In this document: positions 13,089 through 26,226 of the stretch, in pieces
How positions within the stretch are numbered: the stretch's first letter is position 1
Layout: each line of letters begins with the position of its first letter
NCBI GenBank assembly: GCA_973895155.1
Contig: OZ316893.1
Span: 15,964,645 to 16,028,644 of the forward strand
DNA length: 64,000 bases
Direction of reading: 5' to 3'
Origin: Marsupella aquatica
Taxonomy: Eukaryota; Plantae; Marchantiophyta
Program-made: the position numbers and the translations under genes
Notes under the pieces: generated by a model
What the model saw: only the letters and a program-made list of their open reading frames with translations
Told to the model about the DNA's origin: nothing
The model's database searches: none

Positions 13089-14597
13089 AGTGGTGGACCT
13101 TGCCACCAAGCACCCTCACCAACGCCAACACCCACACCTAAGTGCCCTTGGTGCCTGAATGCCTCCACAGAATACATCAAGCAAGCAACCTAGTGCCCCT
13201 TGCACCCCCAGCGGTCCCTCCCATACAAAGCCACACTTGCTCTCCAACACGACCGCTACTCAACGGTCCTCACTGTATGCACAAGCAACCAAGCATCTCG
13301 GTAAGTAACCCTTCAGGATCTAGAACTCCCCAAGTCTAGCATCCTAACTCAAGCTCAACAGTCATTGGTAAGTAGGTCAGCGATATTCCTCCCGATGCCA
13401 TAAGCCGGAACTAGAACCACCGTCCACTATTCATCCAGAATAGCTCCTTCCTTGGGTGCAGCCCGGGTTCCCCCTTGTACCTATCCATCACCAACTGATC
13501 GCCCTCCCCTAGGACATGCTCATGGCCCAAGTAGCGTAGCTTGCCCTAAAACTTGTCCCAAGCTTGTCCCATCACGTTGGGACCAGAATGGCCCCGACTC
13601 TAGCGACCAACTTTTGGTTCTTGCCCCACTGATGGTCTAGGAGCCAAGTGCCCTTGGAACTCAACCTCCACACCTACTTGGCCTTGCCTCCCCAACGCAA
13701 GCTCCCTTGAGAGACTGAACGTGGTTTGGCTGTTGTTTCGACAGGATTTGGCAAGCGGGCGAGATAACACCCGTAAACCTCAAGAATCTATGGTGCCATA
13801 GACCTAGCTGATCTCAGAAGGATGTAGCCCTCCTCAAGATCTTTCCAAGGCACCCAAGAAGTCCTCCAACAAACTTCCCACTAAGAAGTTATCGTTGTTT
13901 CTGTTGACATTTTCCCTTAGTGTCGCAACCGCCGTAGTTCACGACTTCGGCTTGCCCTTAGCCACTAGGGAGACACCACTCCCTTCATACATGCTTCTGG
14001 AGACCTGCCACCCTCGGACCAACTTTGGTCCTCAAACTTTTGGTCTACAACCCGGATCCTATCCCGCCGGGTATCCCGCATGTCTGGGCGCGCCACCAAT
14101 TGGTAATGCCCATAACTTCCTAGTTAGGCGTCCGCAAGCAAAGTGCCTTAGCCCTTTGTGATCGGGGCAACCCAGTGCTGATGCCTAGGCCCTCAGATCT
14201 CATTGCCACTCAGGGCCCCCGATCGGCCAAACCCGCATCGGGTCATAACTCACACCCCCAAGCGTCCGTTGCCCATGGCATCAACTCCATTGGCCTTGGG
14301 CCCAAGAGGAGCTCTCACTCAAGCCCTCAGAACTCAAAGTCCGTCTGGGGTCCGGACGGTCGACCTTGAGCCCAGCCCTTTTCCTCTTGACCTGACCAAC
14401 TCTCATCTAGTCTAAGTCCTTAGTGTGTGTCATCAGCTTGGTGCCTTGCCTTCACTAGTGCCACGTCTCATTGCCCACAAGTTTCCCTATGCTAAGTCCT
14501 ACGCCGGATGGCCTATCTAGGCCTGGACCATAAGGGAGCTTGACGTTGGAGTCAGTGACGCCGGAGCTAAGTGTTAAGGTAGTCGAGTTCCGTGACT
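13089..14597 (+). repeat. About 1.5-kb dispersed repeat, copy 1 (probable LINE 5' region)
   Basis: Colinear with the reverse complement of 43090-44547, from agtggtggaccttgccacc to gccggagctaagtgttaaggtagtcgagttcc, with many substitutions and small indels. Confidence 0.85.
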
Positions 14598-16499
14598 TGG
14601 TTCCATGAACAAACCTCAAGTCGCGTTATCTGATTGGAATCATAATCTCGAGGTTTGAACATTTTCCTTCTTCTGGGGGTAGAGTGCAAGGTTGAGTGGT
14701 AGTTATCGCATTTCCTCGTGCGCTATGATCGAAAGGATATCTAGATCGATATCTTCAATCACAATCTCTAAGCTCTAAATAATTGTCAGGAATTTTTAGT
14801 GTTTTGAGGGAATTTGGGTCGAGCCTTCTTGGGATGACTTTACAAGAGGTTGGGGGCACTTATGACCTTGCTCACCAGAGCAAATTTAGGACTTCTTCTT
14901 CTAAAGATAGGCACCTGACCAATTGTTTCCCAAATGAAATTAAAAAAAAGCAAATCTTCAATGAAGGAGCCAAAGTTTGCAAAATGTTTGGATCACCTAG
15001 GTGCTCTAATTCTAAATGAAACTAGTATGTGGGTCTAGCTCAATTCTTTCACATAAATTATATAGCCAAAGTACATTCAGAGGAGTGTTGTAAATTTGTA
15101 TTAAATTTATGTGCATTAAATTAAATTTATAAGAATGACATCAAAAACTCATTTACAATAACAAGAGTATGTCATAAGAAAAATTATGGCTTGGATTGAG
15201 CCATTAGTTATAACTATCTGCAATACGATCTTGGGCAACTTAGTTTGAAGATTCAATTTGTTAATATATACTAGTAAAAGAAAATTATCATCATTATCCT
15301 AACATCATGGCAAGTGGAAACAAAGACAAAAACCATAAGTGTAGAATCATCACAACTGTTGTGGAGAGAGAGGTTATATATATATATAGACCAACTTTCA
15401 TGGGAGTATGAACACTCATTTTGTCACCCCATGTTGCATTTGAGTTGCAACTTTGTTGGTTGCACATGTGTTGTGAGTTTGGGAGGGTGACCTGGCATAG
15501 CAGGTCACCTGGTAGGGGTGACCTCTTCACCCAGGTTACCATGCCTTTGTGCCATGGGGGTATACCTTGGAGAATGAGGGATTAACTCCTCATTCTTCCA
15601 AGTTGAGCCTCCCGGCACTAGTAGAGCTCTTGTGAGTGTGGCTATGGTGAGAGAGAGAGTGTATGCCGGTTGGCATGAAGAGCAACATTGGCAGGGATCT
15701 GCTATGTGTATAGACTTGGAGTCCTGCATGGTTAGCGGGTGAGTTTGGCTCGACTTAGTGATACCTTGCAGCGGGGTCCCGTTTCGCAAGAGATTACTTG
15801 GAAGAATGAAGGAGGAGAGCGGATGCTCTCAATTTTTCTGAACTGTGCGGACCAGCAGAGGTGCTCGGTGGAGCTCGGTGATTCATCCGTTCGTTCGTTG
15901 TTCATTGGTGCCAATAGTTGGTGGGCGTTTGTTGATCGCTGGTTGATACTGCTGGTTGGCAACATGTATCTGGGCGCGGAAGTGCTGTCAAAAATCAATG
16001 AGAGTATTATGATTTCAACTCTGAATTTCCTGAAATCTGGTTGCACTTTCATCGCGAATCGTTGATGCGGAGAAGCTATGCTCATTGTATGCGCCGATTG
16101 AATGGTTGTGCGGAAAGCTCTGTTCATTGCTGGTTAGAGAGGAAGGCTTGCTGCAGATTTTTGTATGCACAAAGGATGTGCGGAAGCCATGCCCAAATTT
16201 TGATAGAAACTCTGATTGGATGGATAACCACTAGAAATTTTATTGTGATTTCGGATGGAGCATGCCGATGCGGTTGCATGGTGAAGTTTGAGTGAAAAAT
16301 AGCTTGAGAGGTGGACGTTATGTGCTTCAAACGTTTGCTGGAATTTTGTTTGTTGTCGATGATTTTTCCGACGGTATTTGGTGACGGAATTTGTGACGGG
16401 ATTTCAATGCAAATTGTGGTGCAAATGGCTACTTTGTGAAGTTGTATTGTGCACACATTTTGTGCCTACCTTAGGGGGTTCATAAAAAACTAAAAAGAA

Positions 16500-17650
16500 T
16501 ATATGTTTAGAGCCTAAGCTAGCTTGGAGAAGGGAGGAATTCCAAAGCCTGACTTAGTTGGTGGCATTTGGGAAACAAAATCCACTTTAGAGGGGTTCAA
16601 GATATTTTGACTGTTGTGTTTAGTGGCTCAAAACCTGCACACTACCCTCCACCTTTTATCCCTACTTGGTTGCCTCTACTTTTTGTCCCCTTTGACACTT
16701 TATTTGTTACCCTCCTACTAGTGTAGCCATATGCTGCACTTTTATCCCATCCGTGTCCACTTAATTTTGTGCTCTCTTTTTAAGTGATTACCCTTTCTTC
16801 TTTGTTATTTTGGTGGGCCTTTTAGTGCTACCCCTTTTGTTACCCAAGGGAATCATATTTAAAAAGAAATAGGGTAGGGACCCAAGGTAAAAGGGGCTCC
16901 CCACGGAAGCCAAGGCTGGAGTTAAAGTGGGCCAGTTGGGCTCCCAAGGAGCCAGGAGGCCCCTTCTCGAACATTGAGGAGGGGGGAGGGCCCAAGGTGG
17001 CCTGTCACATTTTTTTTAAAAGGAGGGAGGGCCCAAGTGTGCCACGCCTCCCCAAGGAGGTCCAGGTACAAGGAGGGGAGGGACAACATTTAATAAGGAG
17101 GGCCCGCAGCCCTATGAATTGGTTTTAAAGAGGGGTGAGGAGCGAAGGAGGCAGGGAAGGGGCATTCCAAGCTCCCTCCTCTTGGGAGCATTCAAGGAGG
17201 AGGGCTCGTAGCCCTATGGAGTGTCATTAAGAAGGGGCCCGAGGTGGCAGGAGGCCCCCCACAAGGACAGGAGCGAGCCCATTGGCCCCAGATGCCCGGA
17301 GATCTCCCAGCACTTAGGAGCGAATTGGGAGAGGGCGCGGCAGGCGAGGGGTGGCAGGGCATTAATGCAAGGCAGGGCCCGAGGCCGGCAGGTGTCCACG
17401 CCTCATTAGGTGTATTTTGGCCGTATCCTGCCGTGTCCAAGCCCATTTCTCCGTATTTGGACACCGTTTCCCGTATTTGTGCTGTATTTTCGTATTTGTG
17501 CCGCATTTTTGTAATTTGGGTTGTTTCCGCACAATTGCCGCTGCGGGAAACTTCCAGGAAGCTTCCTCTGTACTTGGTGCAGCAGAAAATCCAAGAGCTC
17601 ATTTCTGCACTTTGCCCGACACCATTGTGACCCCCCCCGTGGTTGCACCA
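16500..17650 (+). repeat. Candidate 5' LTR/leader of the gypsy element (boundaries approximate)
   Basis: Non-coding purine/GC-rich block directly upstream of gag, with ccgtattt mini-repeats and weak resemblance to 57000-57350. No partner LTR, PBS or TSD was identified. Confidence 0.3.
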
Positions 17651-20639
17651 CCATAGCTCGGTCATCTGGAGTCCATTTTGCTCACCGATTACAGGGTTGG
17701 ATGCGGTGGCTCATTGGCTATCAGAATCAGTTGTCTGCACACTATTCCGACACATTTCATTTTTTGGCCATTTTGTGGTGGTCTTGTTGCAGTCATTGGC
17801 GGTAGTTACTGCCAAGTGATTGTTGTGCCGCAGGAGTGCTACATTTTGTTGCATAGCCACACTGGAGACAGGAGTGACTCGCAGTGGTGCCCGATTTTGA
17901 CCATTGGAGGCAGAAGAGGGCACTGTGTCACCTGGGCGTGGCACTGGCACCGACCCTGCCGTGGAGGAGGCGACGCGATTACTGTCCCGATTGTCACTGT
18001 ATTCACGCATTAGTCCCTACAATTGGGACATGGAGCATTCCATGGATAGTCGGATTCGGAGGTTTTCGGGAGATGTTGGCACCATGGAGTTGCCACATTT
18101 CATTATGGAGTTTGAGCGGTGGTGTGATCAACAGAAGTTGCACAGCACGACATTCTCCCCTTTCATGGCATGGCGGGCATTGTTCCAGCACTTGGAGGGG
18201 CCACCCATGCATGACTATGAGGAGTTCCAGACAATGTATGCTGAGCACATTGAGTCTTGGAGACGCAAGTGGTCTCCAAATTACGTCTCACTCACAAGTG
18301 AAGACGTGTCCCCGAAGGAGGAAGAGGGTGCTAGCAGCTCTAGCACATCGTTGCCAATCCCCAGGTTCAACCCGATGGTGGAGTTCTTCAAGGTGTTGAA
18401 GAAGAATTACCAGGGTGTCCGCGTGGACAAGTTGTTGAGCCTCCAAACATTCAGCAGGATGGAGGGTGAGAGTTTGCGCAAGGCGTACACGCGCATGAGG
18501 CGCTTGATCAGTACCACAGAGGGCATTACTGATGCTCAGGCTATCCAGATTTGGTACCAGGCCCTGGATAAGGATTTGAGGAACCGGGTTCGGTTTTTGG
18601 CGTTGGCCACTGATGAGAAACTGACACTGGAGAAAGTTTTCCTGCTTTCTGATACCATTGACATGAACCGGTCAGAGGAGAAGGTTGTCACCCTTGGATT
18701 TGGCAAGGCGTCCCCTGGAGGCAGTGCTGCTAGTCCATCTGGTGGGCAGCAGCCACATCGATTAGGGAATGTGCCAGGGAGGGCACAGCCCAATGCTCCC
18801 GGTGGTGCTATTGCTGGTGGCAGGAGAGCAACAGCACCCCAACGTCCCTTTCAGCCCTCTTATGCCACTCAGGTGGAGTGCTGGAGCTGTAAGGGACCTC
18901 ATAACCAGCGTGATTGCCCTGAGCGGAAGGGTCCACCACGTGCAGAGCCGGGCGGAGCTGCCCCTAGACAACCTGATCTTAGGCGTTGTGACCATTGTCA
19001 CTGAGATGGGCATACTATTGACAGGTGTTTTGAGCTGCATCCAGAGATGCGTTTTGGTGCTGCCCGCAGGGGAGTTCCTCCTAGAGGTCGTGGAGGCCCC
19101 CGCCCTGGTCGTGGAGGTGACAGGGTAGTCCCCGCAGCCGATGCACAGACCACCGATCCTGCAGCAGCCACCAGGATCCAAGAGTTGGAGAAACAATTGG
19201 CAACAGCCAATTTGGCGTTGCGGGCCCCTAGCAACGGTGAGGCCTCTAGTTCCCGCACCATGGATAGTTCACAGATTGCTCCTGGATTCAGTGACTTGGA
19301 TTACATGTGCGGTGTTGCACAATTAGACAGTGTTGCAGCTGTCACCAGAGCAGTGGCTAGGATTGCTGAGCCACGAGGTGCTCTCGTGGAGCTGGATCCA
19401 CAACGAGGGGAGGCCAGCCGACAACAGAGATTACCATAGAGTTTTACATTGATGGATACTACACAGACTTCTACTATGGCACCCATTGCTGACAGCAGTG
19501 GACCTTTTGTCCACTCTCGTGATCATATGGGGCCACCCAACATTGATTTCTGACATGGTCATTAGCCCAGTGTTGGGGGCGGCTAGAGCCTTGTGTCAGG
19601 TTCCATTGTTTTCTTGTGCTCAATTATCTTCTCTTGGAGTTCCTATTGCAGAAGTGTTGCGCCAGGCAGCTGCATTGTATGATACTGGAGCAGTTTTGGC
19701 ATCTAGCTGTGACACAGCTGGTCCACCGGTTGGCCCAGATGACACAAGGTCCAGCCATTCTTTGTTGAGAGATGCTAAGACTTCTTGGCAGGCTTCTGTT
19801 GCTTGATTGAGTGAGCTCCCTGCCAGACCAGCCATTGATCAGAGTGTTGTGACTCCCGGTGTGGTTGTGGTGGACAACCGTGCTGGTGTTTTTACATTGG
19901 TTGGCCCTAGTGGCACAGTGTATGTGCCACCCCGTGTATTGTTGGATTCAGGTGCACAACCTCTCATGCTGGGGAAAGCAGCTATCCAGGGCTTGGGCTT
20001 GAAGAAGGCTAAGGTGGAGCCTTGCCCATTTCAGATTCATACATCTTTTGGTGTCCAAGAGAAGGCACAGCACATGATGCGAGACAACCTTACTGTGAGG
20101 TTAAATCCCCACCGCACTGGAGATGACTCTGCCTTGAAGCCGTTGTCACACCTGCAGAGTCTTATGATGTTTTGGTAGGGGGAGCCGTACTCTACCCCAT
20201 GAGCTTTGTGTTGGATTACTGGCAAGAGACTGTTCACTATCGACCAGGATGGCAGTCTGGTGATGGTAGGAAGTGTGAGTTACCAGTCCACTACTTTCTA
20301 TGTCGGACTGAGCCGTCAACAGAGCAGATGATTAGTTTGTCAGCTTGTGCTGGAGCTATCACCTGGCCAGGTGATCTCTTGGAGGGTAATGCCCATGCTG
20401 CAGACATCCCCGTAGTAGAGCAGTTGCACGACTCCTCAGGTAACCGCAACATTCCCATTGTCCCACAGGTATGGGGTTCCACTCCTGAGTTACAGCAGCA
20501 TGCTGATTCATATATATAGGCAACTTGGCGTGAACCATTTGCCCCTTTAGTGGAGCCACCTGTGGTGGATGGCATTCCCAAGTTGATCACTGTGTCCCCT
20601 TTGGACACCACTCCCATTTTGTGGACATACCCTACTGAG

Positions 20640-21620
20640 GGTATTCGCTTGTTGGAATTGTTTGGTGGCATGAGCACTGGTTTAGCTGTTGTCTTACATG
20701 CTAGCATTAGAGTGCAGCAGTATCTCTATGTGGAGCGCGATGACACAGTCCGACGTGTCTCACTGCGTCATGTTGCTCAGTTGCATCAAGAGTTTCCTGA
20801 TTTGTTGTCTCTATCAGCTATCAGAGGTTATTAGCACGCTTTGCCAACAGACATCTCACTTTTGGGGGCGCTGGATTTAGTACGCATCGGTGCGGTTCAC
20901 CTTGTCATTGCTGGTTGGCCATGCCAGGGCCATTCCTCTGCTGGGACAGGATCTGGTCTCAAAGACCATCGTTCTCACATGTTTTGGGAGATGCTGCGTG
21001 TCATGAGGTTTTTGCAGGAGCAACAACAAGTCTCTCCTGCCTACATTCTGGAGAATGTTCCCTTGTTGGGTGATACTCGGTCACAGATGGTGGCTAGTAT
21101 GCACCAAGTGAGGTCTTGGTTAGGACCTGCTGTTTTTTTAGATGCTGCTAGTGTCGGATCAATAGCACATCATCCACAATTATGGTGGACCAACTTGATG
21201 TCGCCTGAGGTTTTGCGGAGGGCATATCAGCACATTGTGCGGCCTATTGGGCTCATTGTGGACCGCATTTTGGATGCTGGACGGCATGCACAATTGGTGC
21301 GTCACGATGATCGCTCCCCATTGGCAGTGGTGAACCGGGTCACTGGTCAGCCCCGTGCAGCACTTCCCACTTTGGTGAGTTTCCCTTCATCATATGCTTA
21401 CCGTAATGGTGGACCGGGGTTAATTTGGGATTTCCAACATAGAGAGTTGACGGAACCTACTGCTGATGAGCGTGAGCATGCTATGGGATTTCAGACTCGC
21501 CCCACAGCAGTACCCTCAGTGACTGAAGCGGCACATCGTCACATTCTGGGTCAGGCTATGGATCTTAATTGTTTGACTTGGATTGTGAGCTTAGCCTTGG
21601 CAGAGCAGCGCCGGTTATAA
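20640..21620 (+). pseudogene. C5-cytosine DNA methyltransferase domain within the gypsy pol
   Basis: Motif I LLELFGGMSTG, II YVERD, III DI, IV AGWPCQGHSSAG, VI ILENV, VIII AHHPQLWWTN, IX EREHAMGF, X ILGQAMD. One internal TAG at 20832-20834. Same frame as the end of the protease and the start of RT. Confidence 0.93.
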
Positions 21621-23004
21621 TCATTTGTGACACCTCCACATGGATGTTCTTCCTCTCTTGGGTCCTTAGCGTTCAGAGCAGGGGGCGACAATGCCACAGA
21701 TCGTCATCCCTGGACTTCATGGGGAGTCAATGGAGAGGCCAGTGGGCTTTCTTTTTTGCAGCAGCATGGTATTGCTGCTCGTGAGGTTGCAGCATAACAA
21801 CCACAGTTGGCGCTCTCTGCACCTTCTGCCGAGGTTACCATTGACAGTTGGGAGCCAACTACTGGCCCCAAGATCATTGGAGGTGAGAGACGACGTGTAC
21901 GACAGTTTCTAAGGAGTTATGGAAGTTGTTTTGCTTTCAGCATGCAAGATTTGGGCATGTTAAAGGGACCAGGCATCCGGATAGATTTGGCAGTTGATGC
22001 TCCCATCTTTCGGAGACCATATCGGTATTCAGATATGGAGAGGGCACTGATTCAGGCAAGGTGCTAGGATTTGTTGGCAACAGGACTTGTGGAGAAGTCA
22101 TTTGGTGAGTATGCTTCTGCCACTGTGATGCCAGCAAAGAAGGATATGCATGGCAATTGGACTGACAGAGAATGTGTGGAGACTATCGTCCAATTAATCG
22201 GCAGACTAAGTCTGACAGTTATGCCATGCCCACACCGGAGGAAATATTTGATGCCATTGGGCATGCGAGAGTGTTTAGCACATTGGATCTCAGGGCTGGA
22301 TATCACCAGCTGCCTATCAGGATTGGTGACAAGCAGAAGACAACATTCTGGGGGATTGTTGCTCATGGGAAGGATGTGTTGTATCAGTGGCTATTCTTAC
22401 CGTTTGGATTGAAGAATGCACCAGCTGAGTTTCAGAGGGTCATGGATCGGATTTTGGCAGACCTGGATTTTGCCAAATGTTATATCGATGACATTATTGT
22501 CTACAGTGACACTGTGGAGGAGCATGCTATACATTTGCAACAGGTGTTTGAGCGACTAAGAGAACATGGATTGAAGCTGCATCCTGGCAAATGTAAGTTC
22601 TTCCATGACCAGATTGCATATTTAGGGCATACCATTTATCCAGGTGGATTGGGTGTGCAACAGACAAAGGTGGAGGCAATTGCTGGCATCCCTCAGCCTA
22701 CAGATGTGAGTAGAGTCCGAGCATTTTTGGGGCTTGCAAACTTCTACCGAAGGTATGTGAAAGGATTCAGTGCAATTGCAAAACCTTTGACGATACTTAC
22801 AAGACTGGACCATGAGTGGCAGTGGGGTGATGATCAAGATAGAGCTTTTCATCAGTTGAAGGAGAAGCTCACATCAGCGCCCATCTTAAGGAGACCTATC
22901 AGGGGGCGTCCATTTAGGTTGCATACTGATTGGAGCATGCTGGGACTTGGGGCAGTGCTCGCTCAACAGGATGATGAGGGAAGGGAGTTTGTGGTAGCAT
23001 ATGC

Positions 23005-23291
23005 CTCGGGGGGTTAACTAAGTGTATATTTTGGGGTACCACGTGCGATCCTAGCCTAATATAAATAGACCTATTTTATAAAGAAAACATTCCAAGAATA
23101 TTCTCCATTTTCAATATTAATAATCTATTTTATTTTATAAAAAGTATATATTAGAGAATATTCTATAAACATGAGTTTATAATACCTTCTTTTGCCTCCT
23201 ACGTTTTTTAAAAATTTAGTTAATTTCTATAAAAAATACTTATTTTGGATCACACGTGGTTCATAAGATTTTTGATAGTCAACCCCCCGAG
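23005..23291. mobile_element. 287-bp AT-rich MITE (hAT-like) inserted in the gypsy RNase H
   Basis: TIR CTCGGGGGGTTRACTA. Perfect 8-bp TSD gcatatgc (22997-23004; 23292-23299). Removing it restores VVAYASRSNN. Confidence 0.92.
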
Positions 23292-25080
23292 GCATATGCC
23301 AGTCGATCGAATAACACTGCAGAATCAAAGTATGGCTCCTATGAGGGAGAATGCTTGGCTGCAGTGTGGGCAGTGGCTCATTTTCGATGTTACTTGTTTG
23401 GTAACCCCTTCACTCTTGTTACGGATCATCAACCACTCAAATGGTTGATGGAGTCAGACAAGCTTACTGGTAAGCTTGCTCGTTGGGCACTCATACTTCA
23501 GGAGTATGATTTTGAGGTCTTGCATAGACCTGGTCACTTACATCAAGATGCTGATGGATTGAGTCGCAATCCCTGCCCGAGCCAGAGGGATTTGATAGGA
23601 GCACGTTGGCATGATGAGGCAGACGAGGAGATGGTTCCAGGTTGGCATGCTTCTGCTTATTTGTGCTTGTTGCAAAGTGTGGATGGTCTTGGTGTAGTGA
23701 CATCATTGGAGAGGCCCAATGCAGACTTTGTGGATCCAGAGATTTCTAGTGAGGAGTCTGTTGGCCATGATATTCATGATGATGCAGATGTTGTGATGTA
23801 TCTATGCACGGGCAGCATGCCAGGCATGGTAACTGCCAAGGAGAGAGATCGGATCCTACAACGAGCTAAGAGGTTTAGATAGGAAGGATCTCACTTGTTG
23901 AGAGTTTGGGATGATGGCAGGGTGCGATTGGTACCTCCTTTATCCCAGCGTGCACGATTGGTGTTATGGATTTTGGCGTACATGTGTTGTGTGTCGTGTG
24001 ATTATTTATTTTCTTGTTTACATGGTGTGCCGCGATGTGAGTTGTGTATGGATGTGTGTCCGCACGACAATTTCCTTGCATGATGTAGATTCTATAATAT
24101 ATTGTACTTTATGATGTTATTTGTCTTATTATTAAATGTAGCTTTCTTCAGTATGTAGAGATTAATAGCTCTAATAAACTGAACAAAAATAAGTTGGATA
24201 GAAGATTAGTGATGTTGTATTCAATGTTTGGGGGCTTGTGCAGATTGATTGGAGGTTTTACTCATAATTCTTTTGGTGTGCCTAGGGAGGATTATAGTGA
24301 GGATTACAACATACTTCACACTAGGTGTGAGGAGAGTTTACATGAGACATTCAAGCTTGGAGGCAGACATCAAGTGGTAGAGTATTTTCGTAGGGCTCTC
24401 ATCGTGTGACCAGGTAGGTTTGTATGATTGCATGTTTTGTTTGATGATTACAATTTGTATGGATTTTATTAGTTGTGAAGTGGCCTAATGACCTTTGAAT
24501 TCAATTCTTGACCCCATTGACCCTTTCTTGAGATGAACATTTTCTTCTTGGTTGCTAGAGAAGCTTGGGAGAGTTTACAAATTATTTGGCAATCAATAGC
24601 AAACTCAACTTTATTACAACACTTCGAATTCAGGTTTGATTTTTTTCTCTTCTCTCTATATGGTTAATAGTTGTCATTGCTAATATTTTTGTGTAATAAA
24701 CCAATATCAAACATTTATGCAGTTCCAAGATTTCACCTCTAGTATATTGATTTGTGATAATTATTTGTGAATAAAAGAAAGTATAAAGTACTAATTTTCA
24801 ACATTCTGATATTCAGATCTAAACTCAGTGTACTGTTTGACCAGAAAATTGGAGCTTCATATTTGACTTGTAAATGTTTCTCAAATCTTAACAAGTAAAG
24901 AAAAGTAAACACTAATACTGTATCTAAGGAGCTTTGCTACAAAGAAAAGCATAAGAAAACTTAAGCTTGAGAGTTATTTCATTTTGTTCCTTTTCCAATA
25001 GAAATAGCAGACGCAAGATCTACATTTGATACTACTCTTAACATCACAAGCCATTACCTTAAAAATCAAGAAGATTCCAA

Positions 25081-25500
25081 GTTAAGGCATCATGATGCAC
25101 ACATTTCCAAGTGTACTTTGTGACCCCAATTGTAATTTTAAAATTAATAAGGTTACAAGTTAAGGCATTCTGGTGCACACATCCGCAAGGGTCGGTGTAC
25201 TGTTTGACCCACATTGTAACTTTGAAATTGATAAGGTTACAAGTTAAGGCATTCTGGTGTACTCATCCGCAAGGGTCGGTGTACTGTTTGACCCCAATTG
25301 TACCTTTGAAATTGATAAGGTTACAAGTTAAGGCATGTTGGTGCCCACATCTGCAAGGGTCGGTGTACTGTTTGACCCCAATTGTAACTTTGGAATTGAT
25401 AAAGTTACAAGTTAAGGCATTTTGGTGCACACATCCGCAAGGGTCGGTGTACTGTTTGACCCCAATTGTAACTTTGGAATTGATAAGGTTACAAAGTTAA
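25081..25500. repeat. 84-bp tandem array A (5 units)
   Basis: Unit gttaaggcattctggtgcacacatccgcaagggtcggtgtactgtttgaccccaattgtaactttgaaattgataaggttacaa starts at 25081 (degenerate), 25159, 25243, 25327 and 25411. Confidence 0.97.
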
Positions 25501-25788
25501 GATCAGTGATTTCACTAACTCTGGACATTCTTTTGTCCAATTTTTTATCATGAAATTTCCAACACCAATTATTCTTTTCCCTATAACTTGAGTTCTAGAG
25601 TACATTGTATGCTATGCATAGATTTATTAGGAGTAGCTTGTTAAGCTTCATATATCTTGATCAAAAAATTTCAAATATGATATTGATAAGTCTCATATTT
25701 ATCTACAATTCAGTTGATTTAAATTTCCAAAAAGTTGTTATGAAATTTCCAAATCGTTAATAATATTCCAGAATTAGTGAAACTATTG

Positions 25789-26226
25789 ATTAAGGAATTC
25801 TGGTGCACACATTCGCAAGGGTCAGTGTACTATTTGACCCCAATTCTAACTTTGAAATTGATAAGGTTACAAGTTAAGGCATTCTGGTGCACACATCTGC
25901 AAGGGTCGGTGTACTGTTTGACCCCAATTGTAATTCCTGGGCCCTCACTCTGTGTAAAAGAAGTAGACCCCCCTACGATCGGGCCCTTTTTCCTGTTTAC
26001 CCCTTGTTATTTCCATTTTACTATTAAAAGTTCCCTTATTACCGGTAATAATTATAATTATTAGTTCAAAATGAATAAAAATTACCCTTCAAGCATTCGC
26101 ACGTCCTCCACATATTAGTTAAGGCTGAGGGCCCAGGGATTGTAATTCTAAAATTGACAAGGTTACAAGTTAATTAAGGCATTTTGGTGCCCACATCCGC
26201 AAAGGTTGGTGTACTGTTTGACCCCA
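25789..26226. repeat. 84-bp tandem array B (about 2.7 units, split by a MITE)
   Basis: Same unit at 25789, 25873 and about 26169; ends abruptly at gtttgacccca (26226). Confidence 0.93.
25936..26138. mobile_element. About 200-bp MITE inserted in an 84-bp unit
   Basis: TIR cctgggccctca / tgagggcccagg. Duplicated target attgtaatt (25927-25935; 26139-26147). TSD length is ambiguous (8-10 bp). Confidence 0.88.

Larger units (their letters stand above)
17904..23963 (+). mobile_element. Degenerate Ty3/gypsy internal region: gag - protease - C5 DNA methyltransferase - RT - RNase H - truncated integrase
   Basis: Gag with two knuckles (CWSCKGPHNQRDC; CDHCH*DGHTIDRC), protease VLLDSGAQ, DNMT, RT (MCGDYRPIN, LDLRAGYHQ, PFGLKNAP, YIDDII), RNase H (LHTDWS, YEGECLAAVWAV, VTDHQPL, DADGLSR). 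Coding similarity ends after LVPPLSQRARLV, before the integrase HHCC. Interrupted by in-frame stops, a few frameshifts and a MITE. Confidence 0.93.

Noticed and set aside
20640-21620. Host DNMT3/DRM gene or bacterial restriction-modification MTase
   Set aside because: It is intronless, lacks regulatory domains or a partner nuclease, and is in frame with gypsy protease and RT.
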